A stretch of DNA of 49,318 nt from an uncultured Acidimicrobiales bacterium (lineage in GTDB: Bacteria; Actinomycetota; Acidimicrobiia; Acidimicrobiales; SHLQ01): assembly GCA_964612655.1 (NCBI GenBank), contig CAZTDG010000003.1:1-49318 (forward strand). The letters are read 5' to 3'. The number at the start of each line of letters is the position of its first letter. The stretch's first letter is position 1. The notes below the pieces were generated by a model. That model was not told the origin of the DNA. It ran no database searches and saw only the letters and a program-made list of their open reading frames with translations. A program made the translations under genes and the position numbers. Shown here piece after piece: positions 1-11,577 of this stretch.

Positions 1-353
1 GCGGACGGTATCTCAGAAGGCGTGGTCGGCGGCGAAAAGGCATCCACTGTCGGCGGCGCAAAAACTCCAGGTGCGACACCTGACGCTTCGACGGGAGGTG
101 TAGGCGGTACCGGCGGAGGCGTAGGCGGCTCCCAAGCCGCCGGCACGACGGGTGTTCCGCCAGCACGCGGAGCCTCTGGGGCGACAGCCGGTGGCACCTC
201 AGGAACTTCGGGAGCCGCGGCCGGTGCCACATCGGTTGGCGTAGCCGGTGGCGCCTCAGCCTGTTCTTGGGCAGCCATCATCTCGATCTCGCGACGAATC
301 GTGTCGCCAAAGAGAATTTCGAATTGCTCCGGTGTGAGCCCGTGGTTCGCCAT
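1..353 (-). CDS. Partial CDS (N-terminal part, runs off the left edge): short helical N-terminus followed by Pro/Ala-rich low-complexity region; function unknown
   Basis: My own reverse-complement reading: ATG at 353-351 gives MANHGLTPEQFEILFGDTIRREIEMMAAQEQAEAPPATPTDVAPAAAPEVPEVPP..., open to position 1. It starts 6 nt after the TAA stop (362-360) of the upstream co-directional SHMT-like gene. It is not in the ORF track because it is open-ended. The + strand ORF 22-363 is its Gly-rich mirror image. Confidence 0.45.
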   Translation of the reverse strand, partial: MANHGLTPEQFEILFGDTIRREIEMMAAQEQAEAPPATPTDVAPAAAPEVPEVPPAVAPEAPRAGGTPVVPAAWEPPTPPPVPPTPPVEASGVAPGVFAPPTVDAFSPPTTPSEIPS

Positions 354-359
354 AAGTGT

Positions 360-1748
360 TTAAGTCCCGGCGCTTTCTATCAGTTTAGGCGCGGGTTCTT
401 GGGCGCGACCAGTGGGGCGTTGGTCACCTATGACGTAGTGCAGTGAGTCAAAGCGTCGTCGGAAGTCCGATACTCGTGCAGCCACGGCTTCGGGTTCATC
501 GTGAAGACCGAGCATGATCAGCTCGGCCAGTTCGTCGACGTCTCCAACGCCCATCCCCCACCGGACCATCTCGTTGGTCCCGATCCGCACACCTGCGTCA
601 GTGCCGTCGGGGAGACCAATCGCGCACGTCAGCAGATTCGCTCGTCGTAGATGTCGAGTCGTCGCATCGCCGCCCCGCTCCCCCGCCCGCAACGCGAACG
701 CGTGGGATCGGGTGTGAGCGTCACCGGCTCGGTGCACATCGGCCCCGGCGTCAGCGAGTGCTCGGGCGAGGTGGCCAGCAACTTCGACCATCGCTTGGCC
801 GTACTCCTCCCCGTGTTCGACCCAATCCAACAACGTGACCGAAAGCGCAGCGCTTTTCGCCGCATCGAAGTTTGCGGTCATCCCCGGGAAGGCGATCGCA
901 TCAACGCGTTGTGCGATTTCGGCGTCGTTGGTGACGAGCAACCCTGATGGCGGACCCGCCAAGCTCTTGTAGGTGCTCATCGTCATGACGTGCGCGCCTT
1001 CTCGAAGCGGATTAGGCCACGCCTTGCCAGCGATCACACCAGAGAGGTGAGCTGCGTCGAAGAGCACCTTGGCTCCCACCGAGTCGGCGACCCGACGAAT
1101 CCCGGCAACATCATGATGTTCGAGGTTCAGGCTGCAACCGATGGAGATGACCTTCGGTTGCACTCGTTCTGCGAGGTCGCCAAGCGCGGCAACGTCGACC
1201 GTGTACGTGGCGGCATCGATTGGCGCCTCGTGAATTTCGAGCCCGTACAGGCCAGCGCAGCCCGGCTGTTGATGGGTGACATGACCGGCGATGGTTGCTG
1301 GCGGAACGATGATCGCGTCGCCTGGATTGGCGAGCGCCATGAACGCATACATGTTGGCCATCGCTCCCGACGGCACGCGGATCTCTGCAAATTCTGCCTC
1401 GAAGACTTGAGCGGCGAGCTCGGCAGCGATGATCTCGATCTGTTCGATCGCTTCGAGACCCATCTCGTACTTCGCGCCGGGATAACCAAGCGATGGTCGT
1501 GCCCCTAACCCAGCGCTCAGCATTGCTTCAGCGCGCGGGTTCATCGTGTTGGTTGCTGGATTGAGATTCACACTCTGTTGATCGTGAATCGCAGAGTTCT
1601 CCGCGACGAGCTCATCGATCCATTCGGCGATGTCGCCGGCCGCAGAACGGGCAACTCGTTGCGCTGTCTCGATGACATATTCTTCGCTGGCTGCAGGCAC
1701 CCACGTGCGATACGTGAGCGACGGGCCTGATGGGTTCGGTGTTGTCAC
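360..1748 (-). CDS. Serine hydroxymethyltransferase-family PLP enzyme (SHMT / hydroxy-amino-acid aldolase-like)
   Basis: 462-aa ORF with GTG start. SHMT-fold blocks: SVNLNPATNTMNP, VPSGAMANMYAFMAL, DAAHLSGVIAG, and a PLP-lysine context TMSTYKSLAGP (cf. THKTL in GlyA). Confidence 0.8.
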   Translation of the reverse strand: MTTPNPSGPSLTYRTWVPAASEEYVIETAQRVARSAAGDIAEWIDELVAENSAIHDQQSVNLNPATNTMNPRAEAMLSAGLGARPSLGYPGAKYEMGLEAIEQIEIIAAELAAQVFEAEFAEIRVPSGAMANMYAFMALANPGDAIIVPPATIAGHVTHQQPGCAGLYGLEIHEAPIDAATYTVDVAALGDLAERVQPKVISIGCSLNLEHHDVAGIRRVADSVGAKVLFDAAHLSGVIAGKAWPNPLREGAHVMTMSTYKSLAGPPSGLLVTNDAEIAQRVDAIAFPGMTANFDAAKSAALSVTLLDWVEHGEEYGQAMVEVAGHLARALADAGADVHRAGDAHTRSHAFALRAGERGGDATTRHLRRANLLTCAIGLPDGTDAGVRIGTNEMVRWGMGVGDVDELAELIMLGLHDEPEAVAARVSDFRRRFDSLHYVIGDQRPTGRAQEPAPKLIESAGT

Positions 1749-1796
1749 GACACCAGTGTCGCACGCCCCTCCGAAACCGAGACCTCCGGGAACCCG

Positions 1797-2207
1797 ATGA
1801 GCGCCGGTAACCTCGGGCCTATGTCTGATGAACCGATGCTCGGCCGCAAAGTCGCCGAAGGCGAATACGGCCGACTGGATACCTTCGCCGTCGACCGCCC
1901 GATCCGGGTCGTGTTCACGACCGAAGAACTACAGGCGCTATGCCCTGCCGTAGAGGGAACCCAACCCGACATCTACAAGGCGACGATTAGCTACACGGCC
2001 GTGACTCAGGCAATCGAGTCAAAGTCGCTGAAGCTGTGGCTCACGACGTATCGAGACAAGCGCATTTTCGCCGAACACCTCGCAGGTGAGATGGCCGACC
2101 ACATCGCCGCTCTCGGCGACGGCGTGACCGACATCGAAGTCACACTGAGCCAGAACGTCCGTGGCGGCATCGCCACCGAGGTGATGGCCCAACCAGCCAA
2201 CGCCTGA
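1797..2207 (+). CDS. queF: NADPH-dependent 7-cyano-7-deazaguanine (preQ0) reductase, unimodular type
   Basis: QueF signature ESKSLKLWL and catalytic Cys context LQALCPAVEGTQPD; size (~130 aa) fits type I QueF. Alternative in-frame ATG starts at 1821 and 1836. Confidence 0.8.
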   Translation: MSAGNLGPMSDEPMLGRKVAEGEYGRLDTFAVDRPIRVVFTTEELQALCPAVEGTQPDIYKATISYTAVTQAIESKSLKLWLTTYRDKRIFAEHLAGEMADHIAALGDGVTDIEVTLSQNVRGGIATEVMAQPANA

Positions 2208-2231
2208 GAGCGCTGTAATACGAAGCGGCGC

Positions 2232-3662
2232 TTACGACACGGTGTTGGCGAAGCGCTTGTGTGGCGACGGCCGGGGACCATCGAATTCGACGATGCCGAC
2301 CAAGTAGCGATTGATCGCCCGGTTCTGGAGGAATCTCGTGAGCGGGGGAAGCACGTGGTTGGCAACGGCTGCTCCTCGCCACATGGCGGTGACCGCCATC
2401 TCTGCGGTTCCGTCGGCGTGACGGGTCACGATGAACGACTCTTCGCCGTCCTCCGGGTGATGCGGCAGGGTTGAGTAGGTGAACCCGAAACGATCAGGCT
2501 CCTCGATGACCTCTACTATCCGGGCGGTTGCGCTGACGCTCAGCGGTCCAGCGGGAATGGTCATGGCCAACGTCTCACCGGCGCGAATCTCAGGCACCTC
2601 GGGGTAGCGAACAATGCCTGCTCGCTTGTGCCCCGCCCAGTCCCGGATCCCATGGACGGCACGGTCGAAGTCGCCGTGCTCGATCTCTGTGCGCCACACC
2701 TTGAACTCCATAGTCTCGGGCCTCTCACCCTTCAGGAGCCCGATTGGGTTGGTCGGAAGATCACCGATTGCTTTGACCTGCAGATGAGCGAGGCGTTCGG
2801 CGCTCGGTCGACCAAGGTGCATGCCCACTTCGGCCTGATCTTCGACGGGCAGTGCGGGTAGGAGGTTGATCCCAATCAGGCCCAGCAACCCGAAGCCGAA
2901 CCCGTTGAGCATGCCGTGGGTGCGCACCATGCCTTGCAGGTCGAGGTAGGTCCAACCGAACTCTTGTGTCCAGGCCCAACCAATCGCGAGCCACATGCCG
3001 ACGAACAGCGACAGGCTTGAGATTGTGAGCAGGACCCTCGCTGCACCATCGATGGTCCGAGCGAGTTGCATGGTGCGAAATGCGACCACCATGCCGACGA
3101 TGGCCATGAACGTCGCGGCGAACCACTCGGTCGTGCCATCGACCGTGATTCCAGCTGCGGTGACGGGAACGCCGAGGATGACCATTGCTGGCAGCAGCAC
3201 TCCCCTGCCCAACCGGTCACCGACAACTCCGGCAACGATGGGCAAGGCGAATCCGGCGTAGTGGAAGTGCACTGCGGTGAGTTGCACGATCGCTGCGCTG
3301 AAGCCGAGGGGTTGCCAGCCCGCACGGCTGATCACGAACCAGGCGCCACCAACCACGATGAACAGCAGCGCTGCGTCGACTCCACGACCTGGGGTCTGAA
3401 GAGTTCGGCGAGACAGCAACCGGCCAGCACCGATTGTGCCGAGCACCAACGTGTATCCGAACCATGGGAGTGCGAGTAGCGCAGCGGCGAGGCCCTGCTC
3501 CAGCGAGAGGCTGATCGCCGCGGTGATAGCGATGAGCGGAGCGGCCTTCGCTAGCGGGATGAGCAGGGCTGTGGTTGGGCCCGTTGACGGGCGAGCGGCG
3601 ATGCGAAGGCCCAGGGGGACGATGATGAACATTGCGAAGGCGAGAACGATTTGTGTCTGCAT
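2232..3662 (-). CDS. Fusion protein: N-terminal polytopic membrane domain (possibly YndJ-like) + C-terminal DUF1990 domain
   Basis: 476-aa ORF. The first ~300 aa form a run of hydrophobic helices. The C-terminus shows the DUF1990-like pattern RFGFTYSTLPHHPEDGEESFIVTRHADGT...MWRGAAV...PPLTRFLQNRAINRYL. ATG at 3662. Confidence 0.75.
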   Translation of the reverse strand: MQTQIVLAFAMFIIVPLGLRIAARPSTGPTTALLIPLAKAAPLIAITAAISLSLEQGLAAALLALPWFGYTLVLGTIGAGRLLSRRTLQTPGRGVDAALLFIVVGGAWFVISRAGWQPLGFSAAIVQLTAVHFHYAGFALPIVAGVVGDRLGRGVLLPAMVILGVPVTAAGITVDGTTEWFAATFMAIVGMVVAFRTMQLARTIDGAARVLLTISSLSLFVGMWLAIGWAWTQEFGWTYLDLQGMVRTHGMLNGFGFGLLGLIGINLLPALPVEDQAEVGMHLGRPSAERLAHLQVKAIGDLPTNPIGLLKGERPETMEFKVWRTEIEHGDFDRAVHGIRDWAGHKRAGIVRYPEVPEIRAGETLAMTIPAGPLSVSATARIVEVIEEPDRFGFTYSTLPHHPEDGEESFIVTRHADGTAEMAVTAMWRGAAVANHVLPPLTRFLQNRAINRYLVGIVEFDGPRPSPHKRFANTVS

Positions 3663-3722
3663 GTCTTCATCATAACGATGTTAGTGAATACTAGCAAGGT
3701 ATTTGTTGATAAGGTTGTGATC

Positions 3723-4448
3723 ATGACCGCAGAAGCCAATGAATTCACCGTTGATCAGCTCGCGCAGGACGCGAAGCTGCCGGTGTCCACAATTCGCATG
3801 TACCAACACCGCGGACTCATCGAACCGCCGGAGAAGCGTGGCCGTGTCGGCTACTACGGCGAAGCGCACCGTGAGCGTCTTCGCCTCATCGCACAACTGC
3901 AGGACCGCGGGTTCTCGCTCGCCGCAATCAAAGAAGCCGTCGACTCGTGGACCAGTGGAGCCTCACTCAACGACCTACTGGGAGTTAGAGACATCGCGCC
4001 GGGGCTCGCTACCGAGCCCGTACGCACCTCTCCCGCCGAACTCGCAAAAAAGTTCGGTGACATCGAGGTCACCCAGGCCGACATCCAGCGAGCAAACGAG
4101 GTTGGCCTCATTGCGCTCGACGGCGCCGACGTACTCGTGCGGACACCTGAGTTCCTAGAGATCGGCCCCGAGGTCGCCGGTCACGGCGTCCCAATTTCGG
4201 TGATGCTCGATGAGTACGACGCCATGCGCAAGTCGACAAAGAAGACCGCTAAGCGTTTCCAGGCTGTCTTTGAAGAGCACCTATGGGCCGAGTTTGAGGC
4301 CAACGGCATGCAGGCCAACGACATCTCTGCACTCACCCAAGCCGCCACCCGACTCGCCCAGCTCGCATCAGCCTCGATCACCGCCGAGCTCAATGCCCAC
4401 TTCGCCGAGTTCGTCCAGGACTACATCACCCGCGCCGAGGACGGTTAG
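3723..4448 (+). CDS. MerR-family transcriptional regulator
   Basis: N-terminal wHTH FTVDQLAQDAKLPVSTIRMYQHRGLIEPPEKRGRVGYYGEAHRERLRLIAQLQDRGFSLAAIKEAV. ATG at 3723 is in frame with the track ORF 3651-4448; the upstream TTG/other extension is AT-rich intergenic sequence. Confidence 0.85.
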   Translation: MTAEANEFTVDQLAQDAKLPVSTIRMYQHRGLIEPPEKRGRVGYYGEAHRERLRLIAQLQDRGFSLAAIKEAVDSWTSGASLNDLLGVRDIAPGLATEPVRTSPAELAKKFGDIEVTQADIQRANEVGLIALDGADVLVRTPEFLEIGPEVAGHGVPISVMLDEYDAMRKSTKKTAKRFQAVFEEHLWAEFEANGMQANDISALTQAATRLAQLASASITAELNAHFAEFVQDYITRAEDG

Positions 4449-4461
4449 GGACTGTCCCTAA
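4445..4461. terminator. Perfect palindrome TTAGGGAC-T-GTCCCTAA between convergent genes (bidirectional stem-loop)
   Basis: Read directly: 8-nt arms at 4445-4452 and 4454-4461. It overlaps the merR-like TAG stop (4446-4448) and lies 5 nt from the Mo-subunit stop (4466-4468). No clear U-tract on either side. Confidence 0.5.
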
Positions 4462-4465
4462 CGGT

Positions 4466-7309
<2,844 letters not shown>

Positions 7310-7370
7310 AAAGGAGTTTTCTTTCAAATTTGCGCGCTCGACGGCAATAATCGCCGTGCAGTGCGCGAAT

Positions 7371-8916
7371 TTAGGAGAGGGGGACGGATTGGCCGGCGCG
7401 AACGAAGGCGGTTTCGGACAAGAACATGCCGATGAGGGCGAAGAGCCCGGCGATCACACCGAGGCCGACCGCCGCTGCCGACGCAGTGAGCACTGAGACG
7501 CAGACGATGGCGATGACGAGCGGGATGATCGCCCCCATGATGATTCCGCCCCAGAAGAGCGAACCATGTTTGCCCTTGACCATTTCGTGCACTGCGAGCT
7601 CCACATGGCGGCTGCCATGGCTGACGGTTTCCATCCAGCTGAGGACGAGCACGCTCGCGGTGCCTCCGATGAGCGCCCAGAACACCGCTTCTGTATCGGG
7701 CACCTCGACGAAGATGTCGGCGATGAGCCATGCAGCGGCGCCAGCGGTAACCGCCCGGGCCAGGAGCATCGGCAACAGCAATGGCGTTTGCCACAGGTCG
7801 CGACCCTCGCACTGGGCGAAGAGGAACGCTGTGTATCCCCGCCGTAGCAGCGCCGGTGATTGCAGCTGGCACTGCGAGGGCCTGCAAGAGGCCTTCGAAC
7901 TCGAGCAGCCCGGCGATGAACCACACGACGGTGACCAGCCCAAATGCCATCAACACATAGGCGCCCTTGACCAGCCACGACGAGAAGTTGCCCTTGGTCA
8001 ACAAGTAATAGAAGCGCTTCGGTTGTTTCAGGTCGCCGATGAGCAGGCCGCTCGTAATAGCCAAGAACACGACGGCCACGATCGGCGCCATGATCCCGAC
8101 CGAGGCCTGGGCGTCGGCATTGCCGAGCAGGACCTGGAGCGCGGCGACCAACATCGCACCGCCTGCAACGGCCTTGGTGACGAGGTAGCCCGACACCATC
8201 TCGCCCCACGTGGGCTTGTGGCTCACGGTGTACGCGGTTCTGGCTACAACGCCGTCGAGTTCGGTTGGCTTCTTGCCGAGCGTGACCGGAACGCTCGGAT
8301 GGTCGGGCGTGGTGTCCGCCCAGATCATGCCGTCGTTGGCGATCGCGGTTCGGGTGGGATCGAGCGCGGCTTGGTCGGCCCCCTTGTAGAAGACCTTCGG
8401 CTTCGTGTTCTGCTCTGGCGCACGAACAGCCACATCGTTGCGGCTGATCATCTGGCTGATCTTCGACGTTGGGTCGTCGAGATCTCCGATGATGATCGCC
8501 TCGGTGGGGCACACGATCTGACACGACGGTTCGAGATCCTGCTCCAACCGGTGGTTACACATGTTGCACTTGTGTGCGGTGTTGGTCTCCGGGTTGATGT
8601 AGAGGGCGTCGTAGGGGCACGCATTCATGCACGACTTGCAGCCAATGCAGTCGTCGTCCTGGAAGTCGACCACACCATTGTCGGAACGAAAGAGCGCATT
8701 TGTCGGACAGATCGTCATGCACGGCGCATCGTCGCACTGGTTGCAGCGCATCACATTGAACTTGCGCGCTACATCGGGGAAGGTGCCGGTCTCGATGTAC
8801 TTGACCCACGTCCGGTTGACCCCGAGCGGCACGTCGTGCTCGCTCTTACACGCAACGGTGCACGCATGGCACCCAATGCAGTTGTCACTGTCGAGAAGAA
8901 AGCCGAGACGCGTCAC
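7371..8916 (-). pseudogene. Fused 4x[4Fe-4S] ferredoxin (DmsB/PsrB/SoeB-like) + NrfD/PsrC-type membrane subunit, interrupted by a 1-nt frame break at 7837-7840 (genuine frameshift or assembly error)
   Basis: Frame of ORF 7324-8916: four Cys clusters (CIGCHACTVAC, CNQCDDAPCMTICP, CIGCKSCMNACP, CNMCN-x12-CQIVCP), then TM helices up to ...AAITGAATAG, after which it becomes Arg-rich nonsense. Frame of ORF 7371-7943: nonsense until ...GYTAFLFAQCEGRDLWQTPLLLPMLL..., then NrfD-like helices to the stop at 7371. The two meaningful halves abut at the C4 run 7837-7840. Confidence 0.8.
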
Positions 8917-8922
8917 CCGTCC

Positions 8923-8942
8923 ATTGTGTCAGCGGACACAAT
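8923..8942. promoter_or_regulatory. Perfect dyad ATTGTGTC-AGCG-GACACAAT in LysR / Mo-enzyme divergent region (candidate operator)
   Basis: Arms 8923-8930 and 8935-8942 are exact reverse complements. The dyad lies 7-26 nt upstream of the GTG start (8916) of the FeS-NrfD gene. A second perfect palindrome, ATGACGTCAT, sits at 8966-8975. Confidence 0.5.
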
Positions 8943-8991
8943 CCCATAGACGGTACCTTTGACCAATGACGTCATAGGTATTATCTATGAC

Positions 8992-9891
8992 ATGCCACTC
9001 TCCGCGAGCTTTCCCGATCTGACCGCGCTGGATCTGTTCACGACCGTGATCGAAGTGGGCAGCTTGGGCAAGGCAGCGAAGGTGCACAACATCGCGCAGC
9101 CCTCCGTGAGCAGCCGCATCCGCAACCTTGAACGCCAGCTCGGGGTGACGTTGCTTGAACGGACGACCACCGGGTGCATCCCAACACCGGAAGGCATCGT
9201 GGTGTCGGGCTGGGCCGATGAGATACTTCGAGCTGCCCACGATCTTGAAGCGGGCCTGGGCGCACTCAAGGCCGAACGGGTCGGTCGGCTACGGGTCGCG
9301 GCGAGCTACACCATTGCCGAGTACCTACTCCCGGCATGGTTGGGGCGTTTCACCCGAGCCCACCCCCAGGACACCGTTGCACTAGGGGTCGAAAACTCCA
9401 CGAACGTGCTCGAGCAACTCGCACGAGGCGAGGCCGACATCGGCTTTATTGAAACACCCCTGCCGACACCATCGATGGACGAAGTCGTCGTGGGACATGA
9501 CCAGCTAGTTGCCGTGGTGCCGCCGGGGCACACCTGGGCCAAGCGACGCCGACGGGTCACGATGGAGGAACTGGCCGAGACACCGCTAGTCATGCGTGAA
9601 AAGGGTTCGGGCACCCGTGAGGCTCTCGAGCGGACGCTTGCCGACGCTGGTCACGGGGCCCCGGTCTCCGTCCTGGAGCTCGGCTCCACGTCGGCGGTGC
9701 GAAGCGCGGTTCTCACCGGCAACTCGCCGACCGTAATTAGCCGACTCGCCGTCGCAGGCGAGATCAGTTCGGGTCAGCTAGTAGAGGTGAAGGTCGTTGG
9801 CCTGGTGATCGAGCGCGATCTGCGTGCGGTTTGGCCGACCGGCAAGAAACTTCCAAAGCTGGCGACGGACCTGCTGGACGACATCACCTGA
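8992..9891 (+). CDS. LysR-family transcriptional regulator
   Basis: HTH block LTALDLFTTVIEVGSLGKAAKVHNIAQPSVSSRIRNLERQLGVTLLERTTTG followed by a substrate-binding-domain-sized C-terminus. ATG 8992 is preferred over the TTG 8959 track start. Confidence 0.85.
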   Translation: MPLSASFPDLTALDLFTTVIEVGSLGKAAKVHNIAQPSVSSRIRNLERQLGVTLLERTTTGCIPTPEGIVVSGWADEILRAAHDLEAGLGALKAERVGRLRVAASYTIAEYLLPAWLGRFTRAHPQDTVALGVENSTNVLEQLARGEADIGFIETPLPTPSMDEVVVGHDQLVAVVPPGHTWAKRRRRVTMEELAETPLVMREKGSGTREALERTLADAGHGAPVSVLELGSTSAVRSAVLTGNSPTVISRLAVAGEISSGQLVEVKVVGLVIERDLRAVWPTGKKLPKLATDLLDDIT

Positions 9892-9903
9892 GTTGGCTGG
9901 TTG

Positions 9904-10680
9904 TTAGCGCAGTCGCCAACACGTCCAGGCGGTGAGCCCTTGCTCCTGCTCAACGTGAGCAGCCATGAAGCCATTGAGCACCGGATTGGTGATGTTGTCC
10001 TCAAAGGTTGCACCGGTCAGTGATTCGAAGCGAGCCTTCCACACAGGGCGGTTGATCTGCGCCCGCCCCCAGTCGTCGGTGCGACCAACAGCGAGGTCCG
10101 GGTCAGGTTGTGTTCCTGATTCACAGGGGAGGATGGTGTTCTCGAATTCTTCTAGGTGCTGTCCGCCACCGATCGTGTAGCCCACTCGCCATTGCGCTCT
10201 CGACTGGGCCTGAAACTCATCAGTACGGCGGTCGAGGGCCTCAGGGGCCTCTACGGCTTCGGGGGTGTCCTCAATCTGGGATCCAAAGCCAATAAGCGCC
10301 TGCTGCAGGAGCACTACCTGATCACTCAGGGTTTCGATCCGCTCGTCCCGCTCGTCGACTTCGCCCTCGTCTTCGGGGATCTCTGACTCGTCGGATGCGA
10401 CATCGCTTTGCTGCGAGACCGGTTCGGCCACCTCGACGTCCGAGAGGTTCCCGACAGCCTGCACGGCGGCGACATCGTCCGATGCTGCGGCATTGACCGA
10501 GGCACCAAGGAGAATCACCACAAGGACCGCGACCATGGCAAACACCACGCCAGCGGAGCGAAGAGCGGAGCCCGAGAACTGTGGCTCTTGTTGAAGTTGT
10601 TCTTCTTGTGAAGTATCCGTAACGGAATTGTAACTACTCATAACGAATGAAACCATAAACCCACAGGCTGTGGATAACAA
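9904..10680 (-). CDS. Membrane-anchored lysozyme-like / transglycosylase-domain protein with acidic linker
   Basis: One TM helix (GVVFAMVAVLVVILLGA) and an acidic linker. The C-terminal block is ILPCESGTQPD...WGRAQINRPVW...NPVLNGFMAAHVEQEQGLTAWTCW (catalytic CES-type Glu; Rpf/SLT-like pattern). Start uncertain (TTG 10680, ATG 10656 or ATG 10641). Confidence 0.6.
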   Translation of the reverse strand: MLSTACGFMVSFVMSSYNSVTDTSQEEQLQQEPQFSGSALRSAGVVFAMVAVLVVILLGASVNAAASDDVAAVQAVGNLSDVEVAEPVSQQSDVASDESEIPEDEGEVDERDERIETLSDQVVLLQQALIGFGSQIEDTPEAVEAPEALDRRTDEFQAQSRAQWRVGYTIGGGQHLEEFENTILPCESGTQPDPDLAVGRTDDWGRAQINRPVWKARFESLTGATFEDNITNPVLNGFMAAHVEQEQGLTAWTCWRLR

Positions 10681-10775
10681 CCCTTTTTTGCGGTGACAGC
10701 GATCACCACCGTTGATAAGTCGGCAAATTTTGTTAGAGGTTGAGCCAAATACCTAAGGTTTCTGGGTCAATCGAC

Positions 10776-11531
10776 CTAGACGGATGCGTTGAGTTGCAGT
10801 CCGCCGCCGTCGTTTGATGACCAATCCGCAACAAAGCGATATCGGTCCCCACGGATAGTGGTTGTGCGCCACTCGATTACTTCATCGTTGTGCTTGCCGA
10901 GGCGTTCCAGGAAGAACGCAGCGTCGTTGCGCTTGAGTTCGAGTCGCTCTCGGTCGCTGAAGCTCGGCAATACGGGGGTCAATCGTTCCCAACCGCGGTT
11001 TGGGCGAACCCCGCACGCACGTTCAAGCTCGTCATAGAGCGCAGTATGGGAAAAGTCTGCCTGGAGAAGCGGTTCGGCGAGCGATAGCGGCAACCAGGCC
11101 CTATCGACGGCCAACGGCTGGTCACCTGCGCGCCGGATGCGTTCAAGAAAGAACAGATCTGCGTTCTCGTCGAGCCCCAGCCGGCTTGCAGCCTCAGAAT
11201 CTTGAGTCGCACATAGCGCCAGCACTTCACTTGTTTGCTCGACACCTGCGGCCTCGATTGACCGGAACAAGCTGTAGAGCCCACCGAGTGGTTGCTCGAA
11301 CTCAGCCCGGTTCACAACCGTGCCGCGACCTCGCTCGCGCTTGAGAATCCCAGTCTTGTTGAGATGGCGGATCGCTTCGCGCACCGTATGGCGCGACACG
11401 CCGTAGCGACTAACGAGTTGGGCGTCGGTCGGAAAGCCGTCGTCGAACTCCCCTTCGTCCAAACGAGTGCGAAGTTCTGCCTCAAGCTGGGCCCACAAGG
11501 GCATCGGATTGGATCGATCCAGCGCTGTCAC
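10776..11531 (-). CDS. GntR-family regulator, HutC/UTRA subfamily
   Basis: wHTH PLWAQLEAELRTRL...FPTDAQLVSRYGVSRHTVREAIRHLNKTGILKRERGRGTVV plus a UTRA-sized C-terminal domain. Confidence 0.85.
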   Translation of the reverse strand: MTALDRSNPMPLWAQLEAELRTRLDEGEFDDGFPTDAQLVSRYGVSRHTVREAIRHLNKTGILKRERGRGTVVNRAEFEQPLGGLYSLFRSIEAAGVEQTSEVLALCATQDSEAASRLGLDENADLFFLERIRRAGDQPLAVDRAWLPLSLAEPLLQADFSHTALYDELERACGVRPNRGWERLTPVLPSFSDRERLELKRNDAAFFLERLGKHNDEVIEWRTTTIRGDRYRFVADWSSNDGGGLQLNASV

Positions 11532-11577
11532 GCCTGCATCTTAACCATACAATCTGCGTGATTTGTAAGGTGGGCTA

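Noticed and set aside
22-363. Gly-rich + strand ORF supplied in the track.
   Set aside because: It is the probable antisense image of the minus-strand Pro/Ala-rich gene, and its C-terminal tail looks non-protein-like. This is kept as an open question in the findings.
1749-1820. preQ1 riboswitch upstream of queF, or a ZTP/THF-type element upstream of the SHMT-like gene.
   Set aside because: The divergent spacer is only ~48-70 nt, and no aptamer-like conserved sequence is visible.
7324-7836. C-terminal ~170 codons of the 530-aa ORF 7324-8916.
   Set aside because: This stretch is an Arg/His/Pro-rich, non-hydrophobic continuation after the frame break. The alternative frame encodes the expected NrfD helices. 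This tail also overlaps the start region of the downstream Mo-subunit gene.
7426-8949. 507-aa + strand ORF.
   Set aside because: It is antisense to the FeS-NrfD gene and has no motifs. This is a GC-rich shadow frame.
10642-10775. c-di-AMP (ydaO-type) riboswitch upstream of the lysozyme/Rpf-like gene, as occurs in some Actinobacteria.
   Set aside because: The region is too short and lacks the conserved G-rich/ACGGGG-type cores. Only a 5-bp hairpin (GGTGA/TCACC) is present.
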